Below are positions 1 to 7,717 of a stretch of DNA of 25,692 nt, piece after piece (the first letter of the stretch is position 1; each line of letters begins with the position of its first letter). The notes under the pieces were generated by a model. The model worked only from the letters and a program-made list of their open reading frames with translations, had not been told where the DNA came from and did no database searches. Both the position numbers and the translations under genes were made by a program. The stretch comes from Candidatus Micrarchaeia archaeon (GTDB lineage: Archaea > Micrarchaeota > Micrarchaeia > Burarchaeales > JAVZCV01). The DNA is taken from NCBI GenBank assembly GCA_038874215.1, contig JAVZCV010000001.1, positions 72,725 through 98,416 on the forward strand, in the 5' to 3' direction.

Positions 1-1310
1 ATTCCGTTCTGAGTTATTGAGACTGAGCATGAAGGAGGCGATGGAACAGAAACAGTATCCACAGGGTCAACAGCAAGCTGTTTATCAACATGCCCGACGC
101 ATGCAACATCGGCATCGTAGTTTATCACGAGTTGCAGATTTCTGTCTCCCGTAGTAGAGAAGTTTGCACTGTATATGAAATCACGAGTGCTGTTTTTCGG
201 AATTGATGCAGGTTTCTGAACTTCTGTTATTGATGCCCCTGTCGATGGTTTCGCCGTGAAATTTGATGCGGTTATTCTCGCATCGGTATCCCCGATGTTC
301 TTAACTGTTATTGTGCAAACGGTTGTTTCCCCTATACCAAGGGTTTTTGGATTGCAGCCTTTTGAAACAACCGAGAGGTTTGGACCGCTTGCCGCACTCA
401 CAACATTCACGATTATGGTTGCAGTTGGAACAGGATTTGGGGGGGATATGGGGAGAATGTTATGCCAGTTGGCATATGTTTTGTAAAGAATCCGGCTATC
501 GCTTACTGCAATATTTCTGCATGCATATGGATTTCCTGGATCAATGATAACGCCCTCGCGGAGACGGGTATACCCGAAGCAGTCTGCGTTCATAGTAGCT
601 GTGAGCTTGTGAATACCTGGTTGGCTCAGAGTTATTTCCATCATACCTGGTGAGGTGATATCGTGCCCTGTTATTGAGTTGCCTGTTGTTTCATCTTTGT
701 AATCAACAGTTCCCTTACATACCACGCCCATCTCCGCAGTGTATGGCCCATACTTTTGGGTAGATGTCACTATCTGCTCGCATGCTGTTCCACTACATGT
801 TCCTGATGGAGTGCAAACACAGCCTGGGCAACCTCCGGGGACTGAACAGTGCATTGCTGCAATACAGCAACCGTAATTGTTAAATACTGTATTCCCTCCC
901 TGACATATCGGGAGGTCATTGAAAAAGGGTATCTTGGCATTTCTGAGCTCAGAATATTTGGTTATGTTCACATACTGTATGGGCGGGCTGTTCGCCGCAC
1001 CACCTTTGAAGTAGTAAGAACCTCCTGGTATTGGCTCTATCCTGACTTTATCCCCAACGCAGAGTGTTGCACCGTTGGAAATAGGGCTCCCCGATACAGA
1101 ATTTTTGAACTGGGGATCAAAGCCTACGGATAGATCTACCCATAGCCAATTGCATAACCCCGTAGGATCTGAAGGACAAGAATTGCCCGACCCAACATCC
1201 CAGGTGAAAAACTGACCATCAACGCTGGAGCTGTCCACATAAACAAAATCTGAGAAGGCGCACAAAATAAGAAGAAATGCAAAGATGAATCCTATCTGCA
1301 GTATGCGCAT
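1..1310 (-). CDS. Secreted Cys-rich surface protein with a CARDB/Ig-like domain; 3' end runs off the window
   Basis: Not in the ORF track. Manual translation from ATG 1310 (upstream GAGGT SD) is open to the window edge: MRILQIGFIFAFLLILCAFS (signal peptide)...CCIAAMHCSVPGGCPGCVCTPSGTCSGTAC...PNLSVVSKGCNPKTLGIGETTVCTITVKNIGD (CARDB/DUF11-like strand pattern). Confidence 0.85.
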   Translation of the reverse strand, partial: MRILQIGFIFAFLLILCAFSDFVYVDSSSVDGQFFTWDVGSGNSCPSDPTGLCNWLWVDLSVGFDPQFKNSVSGSPISNGATLCVGDKVRIEPIPGGSYYFKGGAANSPPIQYVNITKYSELRNAKIPFFNDLPICQGGNTVFNNYGCCIAAMHCSVPGGCPGCVCTPSGTCSGTACEQIVTSTQKYGPYTAEMGVVCKGTVDYKDETTGNSITGHDITSPGMMEITLSQPGIHKLTATMNADCFGYTRLREGVIIDPGNPYACRNIAVSDSRILYKTYANWHNILPISPPNPVPTATIIVNVVSAASGPNLSVVSKGCNPKTLGIGETTVCTITVKNIGDTDARITASNFTAKPSTGASITEVQKPASIPKNSTRDFIYSANFSTTGDRNLQLVINYDADVACVGHVDKQLAVDPVDTVSVPSPPSCSVSITQNG

Positions 1311-1411
1311 GCAACTACCTCTTTAATTTGTTTTGTTATATGATTAATTTTGAACACAATACTATATAAATACCTATATCCGACGAACGTCCAACAAGGA
1401 GAACAATGCTG

Positions 1412-3175
1412 CTACTCTATCTCCCTCCATTTTTCAAGCATCCTAAGCCTTCTTCGTTCTTCTTCCTTTTGCAGACGCTCTTCCCTATCAATGTTTTTCT
1501 TTATTCTCAATATAGAAACTATGAGAAATGCTGAAATAATGACTAAAGAAACACCGAGAAGTATGGGGGGCAGTGCACCAGCCCAGGAGGGTTCGCCTTT
1601 TACTACAACCGTACTTGCTATGGAGATGGGAACAGAAATCTCTTTACCCTCCCTTATTTCAAAGGCCTTTAGCGTGTAGTTCCCAGGGGAGACTTTGAAG
1701 GAGCCGGTGTACACGCCCGTTATTTTTTCGCTTTTGATGTAAATTACGCCAGAATCATTAAGTAGGTAGATGTTTACCATTGCCTCTGCATCATGGCCCA
1801 GCTCATCAGTCGAGCGTATTTTATAATTTATGGTTTCGCCCGATGGCGAAGCGTAAAGCTCAAGTAGTATTTTCTTCTCAAATCGGGAGTAGTCAAATTT
1901 TGTTCTTTCTATATCAAGCAACTCCCCATTACTTCCATAAAGGCGCACGGCAAGAGTGGTGTTTTTTATTTCGTACGGGTATTTGAATGCGAAACCTACA
2001 CCCCCCTGGCGTAGTGAGAGGTTTACTGAAAAATTTCGGTAGTAGGTTCCTTTATCGCTTTCAATTGAAAACTCCAATTTTGCCAAAATAGGGTATGTGG
2101 CGTTATTTAGTACTTCTATTTCTCCCATACCATACCTAACAGATAGAATGTCGCTTGTAATAGCAGACTCGGGCATTGTGGTAAGTCCATAGCAGGAGAA
2201 AACGAGCACCTCTTCGCCCGCACGTATTGGAAATTTTTCAAAAGATGCAAAGGCCAGCTGCGCTTCACTGCCTTCCACAACAACGCGCAAGTTTAGCACT
2301 GCTTTTAATTCGCCTTTCTGGGCTGTTATTCTGACTAAATAAGCCTCGGGTGGTAATTGGCCTATACGATATTCAAGAATTTTCCTCTCGCCCATACCCA
2401 TATAGAATGATTCTCTTCTTTTTGCACCCTCCGCAGCATAGTATTCCGCCATTATGGGCGAATCACTATTTATCTCGCCGTTTTCTATAAATTCGCCGTA
2501 GTGTCTGTGCCGCACTTCTTCCCAGACAAGGGTTTCGTATGTTACATGAACATCGCCGCTCTCTCCATCGTTTATGAGTGGAACACGGACGATGAGGAAC
2601 TCGTCGGCAGGATGAGTGATATTCGTAAGGGTGTTTAGAGGGTTATAATGCAGAGAACCAACTGTTATGGCCCCACGGTCAAAAAAGAGCAGTTCGCCTT
2701 CCTCGCCTTCTACATAAAAGCTCGCCATGCTTCCAGGCATATCAGGATAGAAGGAAATGCCAGAAACCTGGTAACCGCTCATGTAGAGAAAAACTTTGGC
2801 GGAGTATTTGCCAGGCATGGCGTTTTCTGGAATTTTCCATGTGAAGGAAATTTTTTTGGAGCCGTTCGCCCGCAGGTTGATTTCTTCTGGCAGGAAAAAC
2901 TCATCCACGATATGCCCGCCAAAGCTTGCCTGCGTGTCGTTTGAATATGTTATCTGCACACGCACTTTACCCTCTGATACAGGGTGAGTTTTTGGAGCCA
3001 TTACGGTCGCTTGAAAATGCGCTTCTTCGCCTTGCGCATAAGTAGTTTTATCTGAAATAAAGTTGGTGAACCTCACAGAATAGAGTGAATAAAAATCTCC
3101 GCAGTTAAGAGCAAATACTGTTGGTGAAAGAAGAAACAAAAAGAGAAGAATGAGTAGACGTGCCATGCGTAGCAT
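1412..3175 (-). CDS. Membrane-anchored surface glycoprotein with Ig-like/beta-sandwich domains
   Basis: 587-aa ORF with a signal peptide (MARLLILLFLFLLSPTVFA), Ig-like motifs (FTWKIPENAMPGKY, PGNYTL), 9 N-x-S/T sequons, and a C-terminal TM helix followed by a charged tail. Confidence 0.8.
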   Translation of the reverse strand: MLRMARLLILLFLFLLSPTVFALNCGDFYSLYSVRFTNFISDKTTYAQGEEAHFQATVMAPKTHPVSEGKVRVQITYSNDTQASFGGHIVDEFFLPEEINLRANGSKKISFTWKIPENAMPGKYSAKVFLYMSGYQVSGISFYPDMPGSMASFYVEGEEGELLFFDRGAITVGSLHYNPLNTLTNITHPADEFLIVRVPLINDGESGDVHVTYETLVWEEVRHRHYGEFIENGEINSDSPIMAEYYAAEGAKRRESFYMGMGERKILEYRIGQLPPEAYLVRITAQKGELKAVLNLRVVVEGSEAQLAFASFEKFPIRAGEEVLVFSCYGLTTMPESAITSDILSVRYGMGEIEVLNNATYPILAKLEFSIESDKGTYYRNFSVNLSLRQGGVGFAFKYPYEIKNTTLAVRLYGSNGELLDIERTKFDYSRFEKKILLELYASPSGETINYKIRSTDELGHDAEAMVNIYLLNDSGVIYIKSEKITGVYTGSFKVSPGNYTLKAFEIREGKEISVPISIASTVVVKGEPSWAGALPPILLGVSLVIISAFLIVSILRIKKNIDREERLQKEEERRRLRMLEKWREIE

Positions 3176-3229
3176 GTGTCATTTTTTCTTCTGTCTATTT
3201 TAAATCTTTTCTGTTATTGTTGCAGTTTG

Positions 3230-4525
3230 CTATTTCTTGTTTTTCCTCGTAGCAAGCGACTGGAGCGGTGTAGGCGATTGGGTGGGTTGAACCTCTCCAG
3301 ATGTTTTGGGCTTTTGGAGTGTGCTTTCGTCTAATTTTATGGCATCTATACTTCTGTCAAAAACGACGGTTTCCTTATCGCCCTTTATCACGGTTACCCT
3401 GCCTAGAAGGACAACACCGTCCTTCTGCTCGTATTGGATAGAAAATCTCGCGCCTGCCTCAAAGCCTCCTGCTTTTTCTATTTTCTTTATTAATGCATCC
3501 CTAACTTTTCGCACTTGTTCCTCGTATGCAAGTCTTGTGTTAAGATAGCGCCCTAAATATGCTTCTTCTGTCTCGCCTTCTTTTCTCTGCGGCATTAATA
3601 TATCCACTCCGCAGTCTAGGAGCAACAGGGGTAGCGATTCTCTCACCGCGCCGGATAGCAATCTATCTGGGATTATGACGAATTCCATACTGTCCTCTCG
3701 AGGAAACAGTGTATTAGATGTTGGGGAGATTAACAGCCTCTTCCTATCAAGTTGATGGAGTATAGCGTAATCCTTTGGCGTGAGTTTAAATGACAGGTTT
3801 TTAACTTTACCATCTGCGAGAGCCATCAGGGCTGGGAAGAGATGAACTTCAAATTTTGAGGGGTCAATACCACTATCACGTAGAATGCTTTCTAAGGTAG
3901 TGACGGCGTTTTGCACATCAGCAGGATTCATGGAGATGACGAGTCTCCTGCTATTTTCATCATAAAGTACACGTCCGTGTATATTGGCTTCTCTGAATTT
4001 TTTCATTAACTTTATTCTTAGATCATGAGCGTCAATAGTTTCTGGGACTCTGTAAGAAATTGCACACGTTCGATGGTCATAATCGTGTCTATACAAGCTA
4101 CTAGTGTAAGAAAGCGCCTCCCCAAGTGTTTTGAAAATTTGTTGCCCGTCTATATAGGGATCAGAAAGGGAGGATAGGATGTTAGCGAGTTCCTTAATGG
4201 ATTCACTATCTAATATTCGTGTTGCACCCAACCCGCCCTTAACAGAAACATTGACTGCAATTTTCCCTTCTCTTATAACAATATCATATCTGATGTTGTG
4301 CTCAATCACAAAACGCGCGCTATCTCCTTTAATCAGAATTTCAAACCCATTACATTTGCCTGCGAGGATCTCGCCAAGCAGTCCTGTCGGAACTTCAACA
4401 ACTCTCTGGCCCGGTTTAAGGTTACCCTTTTCTTCCTCTGTAGGCTCTACGAGCAATGCGCCAGGTGGCATTTGGTCGTTAGGATTGAGAACTTTCCGCT
4501 CCGTTATTGGAGCAAACATGCGCAT
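3230..4525 (-). CDS. Hypothetical protein, possibly the C-terminal part of a frameshifted gene with 4479-6812
   Basis: 431-aa ORF with no recognised family. Overlaps the upstream ORF by 47 bp, and its frame stays open for about 20 codons upstream of the ATG. Confidence 0.7.
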   Translation of the reverse strand: MRMFAPITERKVLNPNDQMPPGALLVEPTEEEKGNLKPGQRVVEVPTGLLGEILAGKCNGFEILIKGDSARFVIEHNIRYDIVIREGKIAVNVSVKGGLGATRILDSESIKELANILSSLSDPYIDGQQIFKTLGEALSYTSSLYRHDYDHRTCAISYRVPETIDAHDLRIKLMKKFREANIHGRVLYDENSRRLVISMNPADVQNAVTTLESILRDSGIDPSKFEVHLFPALMALADGKVKNLSFKLTPKDYAILHQLDRKRLLISPTSNTLFPREDSMEFVIIPDRLLSGAVRESLPLLLLDCGVDILMPQRKEGETEEAYLGRYLNTRLAYEEQVRKVRDALIKKIEKAGGFEAGARFSIQYEQKDGVVLLGRVTVIKGDKETVVFDRSIDAIKLDESTLQKPKTSGEVQPTQSPTPLQSLATRKNKK

Positions 4526-6812
4526 TGTACCCTCTGCAACTCTCTCCCCCTGCCTGATTAAGATATTTACTCTCCGCTTCGGAAGGCGTTACTACTTTTT
4601 CACCTTTTTTTGGTTGCTCCCCAGCGGCTAGGATACGCCTGTAAGGCACTTCAACAACACATATCCCCAATGCTTTAAGGTCATCCGTTTGCTCTTTACT
4701 CACGTGCCTTCCATATAAGAACCTGTCCAGCGTAGCCAAAAGGGATGCGTAGGGTATGATTCCCCCGAGCGTTCCACCAATACTTACTGGTATTTGTATT
4801 CCGTCAATATTTATAAAAGCAAATCCAGGCTGTCCAGGGATGCCGCCGATTCCCACACTGGAATTGCGCGATAATCTAGCAAGTTCGGTTGCTGTTGTGA
4901 GATAGAGATTACCGTTTGTGTATATCAGGCCGAAGCTTGAAGTTCTCCCAGAAGGATCGAGGAATGCAAGCTGTCCTGCAACTCCTCCCTGGTATAGTGT
5001 TATGCTTCTTCCTTTATCATCAGCGAGCGTTATGCTCGCTATGGCGCGTAGGTATTCCTCCATGGTCTGCTGGCCTGGTATTGGTTTACCGTCTGATGTA
5101 GTATGATATATTATTCTGGTAATCCTGTACAAAACGCCGCCGATATATGCGCTATAGCCGAGACCAAAATTGGCTATAGGAATGTAAAAAGCACCCAATG
5201 ATTTTATAGAAATACGCTGTAAGGTTCCACCACTAGGACCGCCACCCTGGTTTTGGCCTTCTCCTGGTGCAGGTCCTGGGATTCTGCCGCCACCTCCATC
5301 TCCACCTGGATGAGGTATAATGTTCGGCTGTATTGTATTAATCATGGGTGGCACAATAGGCGTAGTATTTGTTTGTTGACTACCCGCTGGCCCATTAACG
5401 GCTCCACTCATGTTTTGAGGCGTTTCTGGTACGGATAGGGTCTTATTTTTCAGATTAGGAGATTCCACGGAGGGGGTTACAGGCTGGGTTGGTGGGGCTA
5501 CTGGGGATATAACGGGGGTTTCTGGTGTGCGAGGTGTAGGTTCTGGTATAGGTGGAGTTGGGGTTGCTGGAGGGAGTTCGGTTTGCAGTGTGGGCGGAGT
5601 TGCAGTTAACCTATATTCGGGCAGGGTATATGATATACTTTTAAATTGAAATTCATTCCAGCGTGTTTCAACCGTTTTATTACCGATAGTTATGCTTTGT
5701 AGGTATTGGAAAGAGGTATTTTGAACTTCGGCAAGTTTGAGGGCATTTTTATCTCCGCCCACAAGCGCAAGTGCTGCACCATACAAATCGCCTCTCTGAA
5801 ATGCTTCTGTTGCCCTCTGCACGTTTTCATGAACTTTCTTGAGAATGGAATCGCGTTCCTGTTCAAGTTGCCTTCTGTATGCATCAATCAGCTCCTGCCT
5901 TTTTCCTTCGCTTACTCCGCGCTCCTTGATTATCTTATCGTAATCCTCAATTTTGGCTTTTATCTGTACTAAAATTCTTTCTTGCATTGCCTTCTCATGA
6001 TTGGTGATATCAAATATGATACGTTCATAAAGCCTCAGAATTTTGTCTATTTGCTCTTTTGTCATGCCACGCTCCCAAAGCGCGCCCTGAACCCCTCGGC
6101 CGTAAAGAGCGGGATAGTTGGCGTAAGCAACATTAAGGGATGGGTTGGGTTGGTCAAGCATAAGATGGCATACTATTTGCCAAACAGGCACCTCCTTACC
6201 AACGAGCGCCTGCCAGTCTGCCCTTTCTTTGTTGTCCTGTGGTATGGAATCAACGAGTGCCTGTGTTATTGACATCTTCTGTTTTCCAAAAATTTGCTGG
6301 GTTGCCAAAATGGTATATGCAAATGCTTCAATAGGTCTGAACGCCTCTATAAACTCCCCGAGTCGTATTGCGTGGTCATTTCCACGGTCTTTGTTCTTAT
6401 CTCTCTCGGCTCGGAGATATGCGATCGCTAGTAAACTTGATATAGCTCTTGTGAGGTGGCTATGGCCAGATTTTCCACTTTGGTTTTTGTACAGTCCACG
6501 GCTTGTGAATTCTCCATTAGGGAATACCTGTTTGAGGAGTGCGTCTGTGAATGCATTGATGACCGTTGGATTCTGGTCAGGACCTTTTAGAATATGCCAT
6601 TGAAAAGCAAAGGTGTAATCAAAATCCGTTCGCGGATTTTTAGATATGTATTTATAGAATTCACGAACAGCACGGCGGATATATGTAAGTACACCAATCT
6701 CGGTATGGCTCTCAAGTTTGTGCGTTGAAAAATACCAGTTAATCCAATTCAGAACATCCTCAGTGGTCCTTGCATGTTCGGGTAAATTGGGCTTTTGAGC
6801 CTCAACCGGCAT
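4479..6812 (-). CDS. Large hypothetical protein: helical/coiled-coil N-terminus, Pro/Thr- and Gly-rich linker, beta-rich C-terminal region
   Basis: Track ORF 4479-6836. Start moved to ATG 6812 because GGAGGTG lies 5 nt upstream (777 aa). No signal peptide seen. Confidence 0.75.
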   Translation of the reverse strand: MPVEAQKPNLPEHARTTEDVLNWINWYFSTHKLESHTEIGVLTYIRRAVREFYKYISKNPRTDFDYTFAFQWHILKGPDQNPTVINAFTDALLKQVFPNGEFTSRGLYKNQSGKSGHSHLTRAISSLLAIAYLRAERDKNKDRGNDHAIRLGEFIEAFRPIEAFAYTILATQQIFGKQKMSITQALVDSIPQDNKERADWQALVGKEVPVWQIVCHLMLDQPNPSLNVAYANYPALYGRGVQGALWERGMTKEQIDKILRLYERIIFDITNHEKAMQERILVQIKAKIEDYDKIIKERGVSEGKRQELIDAYRRQLEQERDSILKKVHENVQRATEAFQRGDLYGAALALVGGDKNALKLAEVQNTSFQYLQSITIGNKTVETRWNEFQFKSISYTLPEYRLTATPPTLQTELPPATPTPPIPEPTPRTPETPVISPVAPPTQPVTPSVESPNLKNKTLSVPETPQNMSGAVNGPAGSQQTNTTPIVPPMINTIQPNIIPHPGGDGGGGRIPGPAPGEGQNQGGGPSGGTLQRISIKSLGAFYIPIANFGLGYSAYIGGVLYRITRIIYHTTSDGKPIPGQQTMEEYLRAIASITLADDKGRSITLYQGGVAGQLAFLDPSGRTSSFGLIYTNGNLYLTTATELARLSRNSSVGIGGIPGQPGFAFINIDGIQIPVSIGGTLGGIIPYASLLATLDRFLYGRHVSKEQTDDLKALGICVVEVPYRRILAAGEQPKKGEKVVTPSEAESKYLNQAGGESCRGYNAHVCSNNGAESSQS

Positions 6813-6913
6813 AACAACACCTCCTAAGACCCCCACACATGGTTTAATATATGAATATTTGACTATATATAGGTTCTATTAGACAAGCGTCAAACAAAAA
6901 GATTAAAAAGTAA

Positions 6914-7438
6914 TTAAGCGTCGTTCTTCGATATGTCGTGCAGGCGCTCTATTGCTTTTATTTCTTCTATGAAATCAGCAACCTCCTGTGGGACGTGCTT
7001 CTTCCATTCACCATTTTTTAGCATTGAATCCCTTATGCGCGTGCCTTCGTTTTCGCTTCTTTTGAAGAACGGTATGCTGACTACTTTCCGGCCCGCTTCC
7101 TTGAAAAGACGCATTGCAAGGGGATTGTTCGTATAAACCACATCATAGCGCGGCACGAGAGAATTCACGTGTGCCACCCATAGCGCATTATTCTGTATAT
7201 CGGGGACTGAGAGAACAATGCAACGGCTTAGAAGATTTTTAGAGGAAAGAACCCGCGTTATCATCTCTATTCTTTCGCCAACTGTGAAGGGGTTGTCAAT
7301 CTCAAAAGAGCGCTGCGAGCTTCCGACTACAATGATCAGCCTGTCGCAGTCTTCAAGAATCCACTCTATCGCCCGCATGTGGCCATTGTGGAAGGGCTGG
7401 AATCTTCCTATGAAGAGACCGGTTTTCATTCTTCCCAT
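6914..7438 (-). CDS. nadM: Nicotinamide-nucleotide adenylyltransferase (archaeal NadM)
   Basis: GLFIGRFQPFHNGH (HxGH), NPFTVGER, W87-equivalent LWVAHV and GTRIR motifs. Confidence 0.93.
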   Translation of the reverse strand: MGRMKTGLFIGRFQPFHNGHMRAIEWILEDCDRLIIVVGSSQRSFEIDNPFTVGERIEMITRVLSSKNLLSRCIVLSVPDIQNNALWVAHVNSLVPRYDVVYTNNPLAMRLFKEAGRKVVSIPFFKRSENEGTRIRDSMLKNGEWKKHVPQEVADFIEEIKAIERLHDISKNDA

Positions 7439-7485
7439 GCGATATTTTTCTGCAAGGCTATTTTAATTTTTATCAGTGGGATAAG

Positions 7486-7635
7486 TGGGGCCGCCGAGAT
7501 TTGAATTACCGGGCCCCTTTCTTTTGCTTTTTAGCAAAGGAAAAAGGCCGCTCGGCTCGCCAGCTTTCCCTAATTTCTTTCTTTTTGAAAGAAATCACCC
7601 GAAGCTGGTAGCATACCAGGCTAGCCCACGGCCCC
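7486..7635 (-). tRNA. tRNA-Pro(CGG) with two introns: 37/38 (7566-7597, 32 nt) and 53/54 (7506-7550, 45 nt)
   Basis: Acceptor GGGGCCG/CGGCCCC+A, anticodon stem CCAGC/GCTGG with loop TT-CGG-G|A, T-stem CCGAG/CTCGG with loop TTCAAAT after removing both inserts. The 53/54 intron has BHB helix GCCG/CGGT with bulges AG|C and AA|T. Confidence 0.9.
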
Positions 7636-7717
7636 CTCGTAGGGGAGGATTCTCCCCCTTCATGTATAACTCGGTAATAGTTATATTGTTATCCGTCCAG
7701 AATAGAGATGTGACAGA

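Noticed and set aside
5230-5620. Pro/Thr- and Gly-rich segment as a DNA tandem repeat or CRISPR array
   Set aside because: Low complexity only at the protein level; no regular nucleotide repeat unit or repeat-spacer pattern.
1-7635. Accessory block as an integrated element using tRNA-Pro as the att site
   Set aside because: No integrase, transposase or viral hallmark gene, no duplicated tRNA 3' end seen in the window, and housekeeping nadM lies between the tRNA and the block.
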